DNA of 56,941 bases, filler included, from Basidiobolus ranarum (lineage: Eukaryota): assembly GCA_040143965.1 (NCBI GenBank). It is 3 parts of 3 records of this genome, joined end to end, with 100 filler letters (N's around TTAATTAATTAA, not from the genome) between each part and the next. Parts side by side here need not be neighbours in the genome. Positions count along the whole stretch, not along the records: positions 1 to 18,954 come from JASJQH010007138.1; positions 19,055 to 37,981 come from JASJQH010007139.1; 1 more part is not named here. The stretch is one strand, 5' to 3'. A program made the translations under genes and the position numbers. The notes below the pieces were generated by a model. The model worked only from the letters and a program-made list of their open reading frames with translations. It was not told the origin of the DNA and did no database searches. Positions 12,481 through 26,700 of the stretch are shown here, in pieces. Position 1 is the stretch's first letter; each line of letters starts with the position of its first letter.

Positions 12481-13565
12481 AATGTAGAAGAACCCGTATA
12501 CATAGATATTTAATTTCATTCTTTTCGTTTCGCTCACCTTGATTGGTAAGCATATATATTAGCTTTGCTCAATATAAAAACCAAATTGATCCATAAAATC
12601 TTCGAGATGAGACATGGAATTTTAAGCGTCGAATCAAAACGCAGTCGAATAACAATATAGACGGGCCAATTAAGGATCAAACTAGACTTGCTGAAGCCAC
12701 ATCCGTACTTGGGAATCATTGTGAATATTATCGGAAACGGTGCGTTAATTGGCTCATACAGCGAAGCACTTTTACAATCAGTGAATTTTAACTGGAGCAC
12801 GTAATGGTCACAAAAGTAGATTTCAATGGCAGAATACTAATCACGGATGCACTCCAGATCTAGGTCAGGTTGAAATATGAGGAGGGGCTAAGAATACAAG
12901 GATAACAAACGTGGCCACCAAATACCGAACAATGTATATTTGATTTGCACAAGAATCATCATTATGTTCGTTTGAATAGAAACACGTGGCTGTTTGCGTA
13001 TAAGTTATGTTGCACCAATGGAGAATAGTTATCTGGAATACTTGCATCATCATTAAATAAGGTTTAGGTCGGATAAGTTCGTGTATCAATTTGGAAAAAA
13101 AACCCAAATGTTGTTCCACCAAGATTTCCTACAATTATTAATACTTGGAAATCGATAATAATAATAGCCGCTAAATAGAAAGCGGATAAATTAGCAGAGC
13201 AATATCTGGGGCTTTCACCCCTATATGGCATGCTCTTCATCCATTTTAATCTATCGACATTAAACAATGTGCATATTTAAGTTGAAGAATATATTGTTTA
13301 GCCAGAAACACATCGGAGATTTTTAAGGAAACCATGCAGGAAAGATATTGCGAGCATGGTTGAATCTCAGTAGTTGTACAGAAATAAAATATATTTGGAA
13401 TAAACCCAATATGGAGTAAAATGGATTTGTTCAGGCCTCCGGTTTCATATAAATATTCACTCATCTTGCCTTGGTTGTTACAAATTCTTCCGCCTAGTTT
13501 ATATTTTACCACTCCTTCGTCTCCAAGATCCAAACAAGAATATCTTTCGAAATCGAGTCACTATA

Positions 13566-14133
13566 ATGCCTATTGAATGCACTTCCTATAAAGAGCCCTT
13601 AATGCGATCGATTTCTTCTACTAGCCTTCCCGGTGCAGTGGCTTCAACCCAAACAATGTTTTATGAACAAAATCTATCAGATCCCATGATGTCTGAGCTT
13701 AAACGTCGCCTTTCTTCTGTATCTCCTCCTCGTCCTTCCTTCGAAACAGATATTCCACCAAGTCTTCGTCGCTTTCAAAGTTTACGTAAAATCCGATTCC
13801 GGGATATACCTTTACGTATCCAATGCCCATGTTGTCATAGCTACTGCACTACGAGATTGAGACTCAAGAACGGGTCAGCCGTGTGGCTGAGCTCATTAGG
13901 CTTGTAAGTGTTCTCTTAACATCTGCCTATTTGCTATGATAACTCAACTATTATTGCTAGGTTTATGCTTACTGGTGTATTATTTTGGGTTCCGTTTATA
14001 ACTCGTTTGTGTAAAGGTAAGTTGATTGAAGTGTTCACTTTGAAAATGAAGGATATTGATCTAATATCCTTTAGATGTTGTCCACGAATGTCCGAGTTGT
14101 CAATATCCAATCGGTAGATACCGCCGCCTTTAA
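13566..14133 (+). CDS. LITAF-like zinc-ribbon membrane-associated protein, 3 exons
   Basis: CPCC, then a hydrophobic stretch (VWLSSLGLFMLTGVLFWVPF), then KDVVHECPSC after two gtaagt...ag introns. TAA at 14131-14133. Confidence 0.88.
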
Positions 14134-14854
14134 ATCGCCATAACTAACCTACACTAGAAGCATTAGTTCGAACATACACGCATCAATCTATCATGCCAAG
14201 ATCACTTACGCATCTTTATTATATTATAATACTACTCTATAATCTGTATATACCAACCTTCTTCTCCAATAAACTTTTTTAGCGCTACTTCTTTTCAAAC
14301 TTCTGAATTCTTTTCACCATACATATGATAAAGGAACTATTCTAGAAATTCTTGCATCATATCCTTATCCCTTGATAACACTTATCCTTCATCGTTTCAA
14401 AAGGAGAAGAGCGAAGTAAAAATAGGAGCCATTGCTTGTTCCTCAATATCGGCATCAATCATTCCGTGATCTTAGACTGATCCGAGTCTAGTGTTGAGTT
14501 TCTATTTATATAATATAAACTGTTGCGCAATTCATTTGCTCTAGATCACTAATAGATAGATCATTCTAGCTTATTTTGGCGATTCACTAAATATCGCACA
14601 TTTGTCTTCGATAAGGCAGATAGTGTTTCTCTTTATTTCTAGCTATGGTAAAGGCTGTGAATTTGTTATACGAAATCTTTATTTCCCATGTGGGGAGATT
14701 GATGGTCACGGTTCTAATGAGAGACAGTGAATGAAGAGAGATTGTAAATATGAATGAATGGTAGGGAAATGCTTATGAAAAGGGACGGAAAGGTTGGTCA
14801 TTTATATGAGTTCTATACTGAAACTTGGATGGATCCATGGGTGACAATTCTACA

Positions 14855-16525
14855 CTAAAGTAGTTCAAGTCCACCTAACTTGATTAGTGGCTTACGTTCG
14901 GATTGACGGTTAGGATTCTTGTTTCCAACCAAAGGGCTTAGTACACCACCAACCGTGTTGAGTACACCGCCCAGTAATCCTCCCTTTCCGTCTTTGTTCG
15001 GTCCAGCTATAGGCTTCAATATATCATTCACGGTGTTATGGACAAGTCTGTTATTCTTCCCAAGGACAGGTGATAATACTCCATCAACCACATCGGTAAC
15101 TGTATTAACTAGATGATCTACAACCTTCAAAGGGCCTTCTAAATTCAAGAGAGGAACTTGATCAAGTCCGTCAAATAACCCAAGGGAATCCAAGGTACCC
15201 TCGATCAAGCTAGTAACCACAGAGTCATGACGTTCAAGTGATGCTGGAGAGACATAATTGGGATCCTTATTGATATCTGCGATGAATCTAGAGTACTCTT
15301 TCTCGAAGGAGCGAATTTGTTCTACATTATATCCATTCATTTTTGCCCAGGAATCGGGGACTGGTGGTGGGATACGTAATTCCTTCATATTTTTACGATC
15401 GTCGGCGTCTAGGTAGCAATTTTTCCTTGTAACTTTGGTGGCGTTTTTGGGAGCTGGTGGCATCTGTGGCTTAATTGAGTAACTATGATTACCACGACGA
15501 ATATGACGACGAGTGGCCCTTGGGTTCTTGGAAGCAGGAGCTGCTTGTGGTGCGTCCATCTTGGGAGGATGAGCCAGGGGTTTCTTACCGATCAAACCGG
15601 CATTGGAATAGGTGTAACAGAGGGCTGGATCATCAATTTTAAAAGTACTGGCTACTGTGGCTTTGAATGGCGCAATTTCATCTTCTGGTGTGACGGAGGC
15701 ATTGTTAGAACCAAGTCCTCCATAGTCATCTACGAGGTGAGGATTGATCAACTGAAAATCGGCCCAAATTTTGTCAACAAAAGCGTGATGTGACCAGAAT
15801 AAAGGACTATGAAAAAGAGGAGTTATTACCATGAAAAAGAAGGTGATTCGATTAATAAAATTAACTTACTCATTTGGGCTCCACATGGTTCCTACGTCCC
15901 CAGTCTTTCCACCAATGTTAACATGGACCAGTGCGTGTGGAGCTGCTTCAATGGCAACTCGAAATTCATTATAGGATTTGGCACCAGTAACAATCTTGGA
16001 AAGCAACTCTGGAGGATAGAAAGCACTGATCTTTTCACCTTTGTTCCAATTCCGCTTCAAACAATGAGGAGTAGGAACATACATCTCCCAGCTCTTGAAG
16101 GGCCCTTCATTAATACATTCCGATTCACCACTAGCACCAAAGTATTCAGGCTTAAAAATCATGCTTGTTTCCGGAGCTTGCGAGTCAAGACTCCAATCCC
16201 AATATGGTAAAGTAATGCTTGGGTTAATGCTTTGTAAAGCTAGCTCAAATTCTCGTATATACTTTCTATGCCAAGGGAAAAAGCATGGAACGTTATGAGC
16301 TTCGGCTACATACTTCAAATGAACAGCTACAATCCTATCATAGATGGTAGGTGGAGTACCGGAATGTAGCTTGTTTACAGCATCTGTATACGCCTTCCAT
16401 TCATCGGTACTGAGTTCTCGAATTTCTTTACGAACTCGAGGATTTGTACAAGTCTGACCGTTTACTTGGAATAACAAGAAGCCAAGTTGACAAAGGGAAA
16501 TTAAATTGAGAAACAATTTAATCAT
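14855..16525 (-). CDS. Secreted tyrosinase (type-3 di-copper), 2 exons; intron 15807-15869
   Basis: Signal peptide; RVRKEIRELS; CuA HLKYVAEAHNVPCFFPWHR; LPYWDWS; CuB PHALVH...SPNDPLFWSHHAFVD formed across the intron. Confidence 0.94.
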
Positions 16526-17035
16526 GGTGTGGGTTTTAGTGAAAGGTATATGTAAAGAAGTGGTAGAAACTCGGTTGACGAAGTGTAAGTCGGTGATAAG
16601 TTTTCAACACACGGGTGGCAGATAGTCTACAGTAGCAACAAGTGGGTCGATTGCAAGACGTGTTCTTGTGAAAGCCCGATAATGATTTCTTGCTAGAGAG
16701 TACAGCAGATATTGGACATTTTATAAGATACAGAATACTAAGTTGCAGAACATGCACAATATCTGCTTGACGATTGTAAAAATACATTTATGATTGAATG
16801 ATAAAGAATTTCCAATAAGTATATCAACAAATACCTCAGGTGCACTCCTAGACATGAACTCTGCCAAATCATCAAAGGATCTGATCTATAATCAGGGTCG
16901 ATTGCAACAAGGGGACTGAGGTTAGGAGTCATATCTTGGATGCATATATAAATAAATAATAAATGCAGGGAGATATTCTGACTCATGTTCCGTTTACTAC
17001 TGTTTGATGTATCGCATTCCACCAACTTTTGTAGT

Positions 17036-17091
17036 CTTCAACTCAATGAATGTAGCAGGTATCCTTCAACTCAATGAATGTAGCAGGTATC
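17036..17091. repeat. 28-bp perfect tandem duplication
   Basis: cttcaactcaatgaatgtagcaggtatc x2. Confidence 0.9.
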
Positions 17092-17355
17092 CATGTTGTC
17101 TACTACTCAATGACCTTTTGGTTGCAGTATGAGTGAATATCTTGCTATGAATTATTTACCATAGCACCTTGATAATAGGGCTAGCATAAAATTCCTCAAA
17201 TTCGGTGTACAACTCACCAAGCTATTTTTAGCTTGCAACTAATGCTAGGTGAACGAGTTTGACGATCAGAACATGCATGTCCAAAGAATGAAACACATGG
17301 TATGCAAATTAATAATTATCAACGCATCGACAACTGAAGTTGTTTCCTTGCATAT

Positions 17356-17440
17356 ATGATATCCGTAAATGAATGCGATTGAATGAAATTGAATGATATC
17401 CGTAAATGAATGTGAATGAAAGATACCCGTGAATGAATGA
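17356..17440. repeat. Degenerate tandem repeat, about 3 units (gatatccgtaaatgaatg...)
   Basis: atgatatccgtaaatgaatg occurs twice, plus gatacccgtgaatgaatg, with tgaat-rich spacers. Confidence 0.75.
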
Positions 17441-17543
17441 TTTACTATCATAAATAACGCTGATCTATACCGCCGCGAATAAACACTGAGCGAACGTTGA
17501 TCAAATAACTGACTACTGTGAAGAGAACAAATCTAGATAAGTC

Positions 17544-17579
17544 AATAGACACCTCTTGACGAATAGACACCTCTTGACG
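17544..17579. repeat. 18-bp perfect tandem duplication
   Basis: aatagacacctcttgacg x2. Confidence 0.9.
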
Positions 17580-17718
17580 CGATGCATTTATCTTTAAAAG
17601 ATAACCAATAATGTTAAGAGAGGAATATATCGTTTACTGATTGGCTCACAATGTGACTGTAATCAATATATGTGGTTTAAATCGCGTCCAAAGACCATTC
17701 AAATATTACAGATCGCGT
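17577..17718. promoter_or_regulatory. Cluster of three ACGCGA/TCGCGT (MCB-like) motifs
   Basis: ACGCGA at 17577, TCGCGT at 17682 and 17713, within 250 bp upstream of ATG 17822 in AT-rich DNA. Confidence 0.5.
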
Positions 17719-17821
17719 TAAAGATAACTCTACATACTTCCGTATTGGTCTACCTTCTTTCCTTAGCCTCCTTTCCTGGTGGCTTTTCTAATAGTTTAGA
17801 ACTTTGAACTAAACAGCTTAT

Positions 17822-18265
17822 ATGATTTCATTCAGAGCAAAGAGCAAGATTATCGTCCTTGAAGATCCCGTGGAATTTGACACACTGACCACTGGTTGTA
17901 ATTCGAAAATCGTTCTAAACAAACGCTCATACAGTGAAGATAAAGAGAATATCGACCCAGTGCGCAAAATCCTCTTGAAGGGCTCCAAGAATACAAAGCT
18001 GATCTCCTCGAAAAACTGGACTGGTTCGTCAGGTCTTCGAAATAGCATGACACGACATGCTCCATCACCACTTGCTGATATCACAGAAGCTTATAATGGT
18101 TCATATGTTTCCCCTCTCCCCCTTTCAACAGCATACACCGTTGGCGGTATGGTACGTAGAACTGTAAAAACTCTTGATACAATCTTTCTTTTGCTTACCT
18201 AACTTACTTAGAGAGTAGCTAAGAAAAATCTAAAGCAGCAACAAACGTGTAAAAAGGTATCTTAA
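17822..18265 (+). CDS. Small basic protein with KEN box (DKENIDP) and PLADIT motif, 2 exons
   Basis: ORF from 17822; intron gtacgt(18152)...ctaac...ttag(18211); last exon RVAKKNLKQQQTCKKVS*. Confidence 0.65.
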
Positions 18266-18475
18266 GATTCGCCCTGCTAGCCACTATTTGATATATATAT
18301 AGCAAGCAAATAATAATAATAATGGCGATTAAAAGTAATCAATTTGGTTTATTAATCACAAAAATGAATAAAATACAACGAACTTCGGAGATTCACTCTC
18401 ATTATCTGATAATAATGATGGGTATATGTATATTTCTTCATCAGTATTCAGAAAACCTCATCAAAATTGATATAT

Positions 18476-18907
18476 TTAATGAGATTTGAAGTATTCGAGA
18501 AGGACGTTCAAGGCCTCGGATTCCTCCCCATAGTCCTTAACAACAACACATGAGCATCCGACAACCTTACGGGCGCTTCCCTCACGGTCGATCTTGCAAA
18601 GACCAGCCCATTCACCAAGCTTCTTGGCATCAGATACCTTGATGAGGTTGATGTTGTGTTCAGCGCATAGAGCTTCAACAAGTCTGATATACTCCTTCTC
18701 AGTACAGGTCTCGACGAGAACGCACAAATGAGCTTGACGCTTGTCCAAAGCTTTAGCGCACTCTCTCAAACCACGAGCAAGACCGTCGTGAACAAGAGCC
18801 TTCTTAAGGACCTCTTGAAGGGCTTCTTCAACAGACATTTGTCCACGGGGAGCAGCTTCGGCGGGAACCTCAACTTCTTGGGGGATTTCTTGGTTTTCGG
18901 CAGACAT
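18476..18907 (-). CDS. RPS12: 40S ribosomal protein eS12
   Basis: [21 protein letters not shown]...[33 protein letters not shown]. Confidence 0.98.
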   Translation of the reverse strand: MSAENQEIPQEVEVPAEAAPRGQMSVEEALQEVLKKALVHDGLARGLRECAKALDKRQAHLCVLVETCTEKEYIRLVEALCAEHNINLIKVSDAKKLGEWAGLCKIDREGSARKVVGCSCVVVKDYGEESEALNVLLEYFKSH

Positions 18908-18954
18908 TGTAAAAGCTAACAGACGTCCTCACTGCATTTAAATAATTAAAATGA

Positions 18955-19054
18955 NNNNNNNNNNNNNNNNNNNNNNNNNNNNNNNNNNNNNNNNNNNNTT
19001 AATTAATTAANNNNNNNNNNNNNNNNNNNNNNNNNNNNNNNNNNNNNNNNNNNN
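18955..19054. other. Assembly gap / artificial linker (N44-TTAATTAATTAA-N44)
   Basis: N runs flank a palindromic 12-mer with stops in all six frames. Confidence 0.97.
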
Positions 19055-19956
19055 TATGGTCATAAATTACCCAATCGAGTCTTCAGAGCTACCAATCATG
19101 GTTGAGATCAAGTTTTTTAACCAAGGATATGCTCTTATTTTCTTTCAAGGTTTTTGATTCATTTTAGTTGTTACATTTTTAGACATAGGTAAGGAGTGGT
19201 TCTCTTGGATACAAATTAGACCTGCACTTACTGTTATGAAAATCAATGAGTGAGTTTGAAGAAAGTGAACTCATCAAAGTTCCAAGTGAGGAATTTTTGC
19301 ATAGCATAACTGTAACTTAGCATTCTACAACACATTGATTTCTCAGTAAGAATCGATCATTTTCACCTTATCTACCATCAATACTGAAGTTACTTTTTGC
19401 TTCCTATTCAAAATGAGCATTAACAGTGACTCATTTAAGTGAAATTTGAGCTACACGTAGCACATAGTTAAGGTTGTATCACCGCAAAAACTAACTACCT
19501 TTCAGTTCGATAGAAAAGATACGGACTGCTTTTTCTACCGACATTTTTGGATATCCATCAGATTTACGTGTCCAAAGAGAGCGCGAATCAACGACTATTT
19601 ATGTGAATAAGGCATACACATGACTCTGGAGTGCTATCAATTGGTGTGAATCAGTATCTATTTGCATGGACTCTTAGCCTAAAGTAGCCCTCGTGAATAG
19701 TTATTTCACTTACCATTCACCAGTTTGGTCATCAAGTGTAGTTTAGCCGAGTGTGTGTCCATCGGTTCAAGTACCTAGAACGTATACGTTGTCCATTAAA
19801 TGAAAGTCCCTATTGGTGACTTTCAAGGGTTTATCTCCAGAAAAATACGAATTAGAACTTTGGTAGATTCAGTAAACGTGGTATTGGGATTTTTTCCAAA
19901 TATAAATATTTATCATGGTACAGCTTTCGTAGATTGAATCGATTCCTTTGGTGATC

Positions 19957-22059
19957 ATGGCCTCTCTCCGCCTCCATCGAGGCTTTACTAGACTATCTTT
20001 GACGAGAGCATATAACATCCGTGGTAGATGTATCCCCACTATTTCACCCGTTAGACCTATAACCCCTTTAGCAAATACCAACACTTGGTTTCGGGAAATT
20101 AATTCCTCTTTTTCTACCACATCAGTCACCACATTTGCTGCTGAATACGAAGAAGATCCCACCAAAGCGAAACGCTTCGTGGATGAGACTGATGTCATCA
20201 TTGTCGGTGGAGGTCCTGCTGGTTTATCTGCTGCCATCAAACTAAAGCAACTTGCTATCAATGCTGGCAAAGAAATCAAAGTAGTGGTTGTGGAGAAGGC
20301 TGGCGAATTAGGTTGGTAAAGTTGAATTTTGGAATCAAAATAGAAATTTAATCACCTTTACAGGCGGACATACTCTGTCGGGTGCTATACTTGAGCCTAG
20401 AGCTCTAAACGAACTCATTCCAGACTGGGCTGAAAAGGGGGTATGTATCTTAAATGTTCATAATGAATTTCAATTTTTATTCACCATTGGAATATTTTGT
20501 AAATAAGGCACCATTAAATCAACCTGCGCTAAAAGATCGAATGCTTTTTCTAACCGAGAAATTCTCTATTCCACTCCCTCATCCTCCACAAATGACCAAC
20601 AATGGAAATTTTATTGTTAGTTTAAATAATTTCACTAAATGGTTGGGTGAACAGGCCGAGGAACTAGGCGTGGATATCTACCCTGGCATTGCTGCTAGCG
20701 AGGTATATATCTCAAGGATGATGTACTAATAATATCACTAAACTCACGCTCACTATAGATCATATATGATGAAAAAGGCCGAGTTAAAGGGATTGCCACC
20801 AACGATGTCGGTTTAGACAAAAATGGGAAACCCAAGGTATCAGATGAGATCCATTTACTCTATTCCTAATGCTAATACTAATGGTGGTCTATATAAAGGA
20901 AAGTTATGAAAGAGGAATGGAGATTCATGGCAAAGTTACTTTATTTGGTGAAGGTTGTCATGGTTCTTTAACCAAAACATTGTTTCAAAAATACCAATTA
21001 CGCGAAGATTCTCAACCTCAGACATACGCCATTGGTTTAAAGGAAGTATGGGAAATTGACTCTTCTAAACATGATCCCGGTCTGGTGCTTCATACCGTTG
21101 GTTGGCCGGTCGACTATAAAACATATGCAGGTTCCTTTGTGTATCATATGGAAAATAACCTTGTTAGCATTGGATATGTGGTAGCTCTCGATTACGAAAA
21201 TCCTTACCTCAGCCCATATAAAGAATTCCAACGATTTAAGCAACACTCTGCTATTAGAAAGTACTTGGAAGGCGGTAAATGTATCTCCTACGGCGCTAGA
21301 GCTTTGAATGAAGGTGGTTATCAGTCGATTCCCAAGTTAATATTCCCTGGTGGTGCATTGATTGGCTGTACCGCTGGATTCTTGAATGTTCCCAAGATCA
21401 AAGGAACTCATACTGCCATGAAGAGTGGAATGTTAGCTGCTGAGGCAGCATTTGAGGCCCTTTCCAAAGACGAAGAGGTGACTGAACCCCTTACACTTAA
21501 CTCTTACGAAGAGAACATCAAGAAATCTTGGGTTTGGGATGAGCTTTATGAGGTTCGAAATGTCAGACCATCATTCCACAACCCCCTCGGTCTATTCGGT
21601 GGTATTATTTACTCCGGTTTAGATACGTTATTTTTGAAGGGGAGAGTCCCATGGACCTTTAAGCATCCAGGACCTGATCATGCCATGCTTAAGCCCGCCA
21701 AAGATTGTAAACCTATAGAGTATCCTAAACCCGATGGTGTGGTATCATTTGAGTTACTGGAAAACCTGGCTCGTAGTGGCACTAATCATGCAGAAAATCA
21801 ACCAGTTCATTTAAAACTACATAATGAAGCAATTCCTGTTCAACGTAATTTGAAAATATTCGATGGACCGGAAAATCGATTCTGTCCAGCTAACGTATAC
21901 GAGTATGTAGAAGACGAGTCTAATCCAGGTCAAAAGAGGTTGCAAATCAATTCCCAAAATTGTCTGCACTGCAAAACTTGCGATATCAAAGATCCCTCCC
22001 AGAATATCAATTGGACCGTTCCTGAGGGAGGCGATGGTCCCCAATATTCTTACACATAG
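19957..22059 (+). CDS. ETFDH: Electron-transfer flavoprotein-ubiquinone oxidoreductase, mitochondrial, 5 exons
   Basis: Arg-rich presequence; [16 protein letters not shown] (FAD binding); [22 protein letters not shown]; 4Fe-4S motif RFCPA...[13 protein letters not shown]. Confidence 0.97.
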
Positions 22060-22554
22060 TCAGTTGAACAACATCCGGTTCATGTCAATCAACCCAAGTA
22101 AAGAAATGATTTACATGTATCCTTAGAGTAGTGGTATGTTAAGATAAACCTTGAGCAATTATTGGCTGAGCTCTACATAACTTGAATCTCAATTAAATCA
22201 AAAACACGAATAAAACTAATATAGTGGACAAAATTGATTTGAGGTACATCCCATTTATTGGTTGAAACTAACTACAAATACCACTTCATTACAGAAGTTG
22301 AACTGTAGTTGATGAATTGGCCAATTGGGATTGGAGGAGAATTCAATATTGGTCAAAAACTTGCATACACTTAGTAAAGGTGTATACCAAGAGAACTTGG
22401 TGCGAGTTTTTCGACATTACTGCCACCACTGAAGAGCATCGCATTACCTGACTTTATTAAATTCAACTGACTTATTCCTCATTCACTTGGAATATTTGAA
22501 CCAGATCACTATACCTGAAAATTAACGGGATTTCTTTCAGTCAGGACTGATATT

Positions 22555-24516
<1,962 letters not shown>

Positions 24517-24690
24517 ACATTGAATGACTACCTATGTACTTTTATCACGAAAAAAAACCAGTTCTGGCTGAGAATTCATTTCTACCAAAAGGTTGTTCTC
24601 TTTTAATTAAATACAATTATTGTTTAAAATCTCTTCAGAGAAGGTTAATAAAAGGATATCACTACCTCGTAATAAATAAATCAAACTCCC

Positions 24691-25140
24691 TCAAACTTTG
24701 AACATACTTTTTATCACACCCATATCCATCTTTATCTGATTTTCACTACTCCAGTCATATATTTGCTGAGCCTTGGGGCGAATTTCCGAATCATTCCAAA
24801 GTCTTAACAGAGTCAACATTCCTGGGGGTTGCTCAGGGTTCCAGCTTATTCCTTTACGACGTAATATAAGAAATAAGGAATCTAAAGCCTCCGTAATTTG
24901 TTCGTCGCGAAGAGCTCTATTCACAATTGGGTGGTCGATATTCAAGATACCACTTACTCGAGCAAGTGGAGTGGTTTGAAATTGTCGAAGAAAAAGGGCT
25001 TTGGTATGTAGAGGAACAGCAGCCGGCTTATGAGTGGTAGTAAGCTTTCGAGAAAAGCGAGAGTGTGTAGAGATTAAAGGAAATATCGCCCCTCTAATGA
25101 AGGTAACAACGCGTAATAATCGAGGAATTATAAGAAACAT
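24691..25140 (-). CDS. Hypothetical 149-aa protein with probable mitochondrial presequence
   Basis: ATG-started intronless ORF filling the intergenic space; Arg-rich, acid-free N-terminus followed by a helical-looking domain. Confidence 0.55.
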   Translation of the reverse strand: MFLIIPRLLRVVTFIRGAIFPLISTHSRFSRKLTTTHKPAAVPLHTKALFLRQFQTTPLARVSGILNIDHPIVNRALRDEQITEALDSLFLILRRKGISWNPEQPPGMLTLLRLWNDSEIRPKAQQIYDWSSENQIKMDMGVIKSMFKV

Positions 25141-25423
25141 CTTGTAAACCTTGTAGACGATATCCTGTCTACTTCAACAGGAGTTCTACAAAACCTATTG
25201 CTACTTTACCCCACATCAAGAGTTGTTTATAACATTCCTCCAAATTTCCGCAATTCATTATCTGCTCTTGTGTTTCACGAAAAATATTCAGTGATATTTA
25301 GACTTCATCAATATTTACATAAGATTAATCAAGGTTGGTATTTCAGTTGAAGCATTTATTATCTTAATATTCTATCCAAAGTTTAAATACATTTTACATA
25401 TGTTGGTGTGCTGATGAATCTGT

Positions 25424-26341
25424 TTATAAAATACCCCACAAATCCTCGAGAGCACAGCAAACTTTTCCGCAAGCAACAGAAGCAGATAATGGGTACTCAC
25501 TGATACCAATCTTTTCATCAACATATGCGTCCGCAAAATTATCCTCACCGTGAGCAAGGGCACCAATGGAAACGACGAGGTTCTGGTCTTCAGGGATAGT
25601 TTTGACCCACTCGGAGATACGGACGGTGGCGGCATCATAAGAGAAACCTACACAAACATTAGTCAATATGAATTTCAATAAAGTCCAATATTTCTTTGAT
25701 CCGTACAAATCTTTTTGGAGTTGGCTGGAAGATGATCTGTGATGGGATTTTTGATAACCTTCAGAAGTTTCTCTGAGCCATTGACAGACCGAATACTCAA
25801 TTTATGAAGAAGTTGAACTACACAAGAAAGGTTGAAGAGTCAGTACAGGAAATACCCCAGGAATTAATAATCATATACATACCCATAAGTCCTGAGAAAC
25901 GCTTGAAAGTTCTAGGGATACGAACGTGAGGATTGACTTCAATCAAAACATTCTTGGCAGTGTGAATGTAGACTTGGAGCAAACCAGCCTTATTCAAGGG
26001 ACTGTCTAAAAGAGTGAGAAGACACTATACAAAAGGTAAATAAGTAAGCCCTTCAAAAACCGAATCATAAATAACATCATAGTACAAACCTGATGTGTAA
26101 TATCGGGACGAGAATCGGCGATATCCTTTCCCATCTTCTTCAAGATGCCTTGATGGTCGTCACAATTGAGTAGTTGATAACGCGCTTCTTTGTTCTTACC
26201 AATTTTGTAAGTTTCAAGACAGGCCGATTCAAGGACAACGATTAAACGACGAGACTTTTCACGTTCAGCTTTCGTCTTGGGGACTTTTGGTGCCTTTGGT
26301 ACCATAAAAGCATCGGTATCCTTACGTTTAACAGAACTCAT
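25424..26341 (-). CDS. EMG1: 18S rRNA pseudouridine N1-methyltransferase Nep1/Emg1, 4 exons
   Basis: [68 protein letters not shown]. Confidence 0.97.
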
Positions 26342-26700
26342 TTTAGGTAAAAGATAGGTATCGAGTAGTACTTCGAAATATACCACGGTGATAGTGAAGC
26401 AACTACATATTTGCCAATTTCAACCACTTGGTTTTTTTCTTTCAAGACTGTTCTCTGATCTCATTAATTTTTTTTTTCGCATCAGTACAACACCGATCAA
26501 ACTTCGCAGATAATTCCTGCTCAGGTCAACAATCCAATCTATACTTCAATGTTGTCTATCTTCATTACTAGAATTTGGCATAGCCTAAGCAACTACTATA
26601 CTATATAGAGGCTTTTTATTTCACAAATACTTTCAAATATTGATGAGGCTGGGCGTATATTGCAGAAGAGAGGAAGTGAAGTAATCATCGTAGTAAGCTT

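Noticed and set aside
17036-17091. 28-bp repeat of CRISPR-like length
   Set aside because: Two directly adjacent copies, no spacers, eukaryotic context.
18999-19010. Palindrome TTAATTAATTAA
   Set aside because: Artificial gap filler, not biological.
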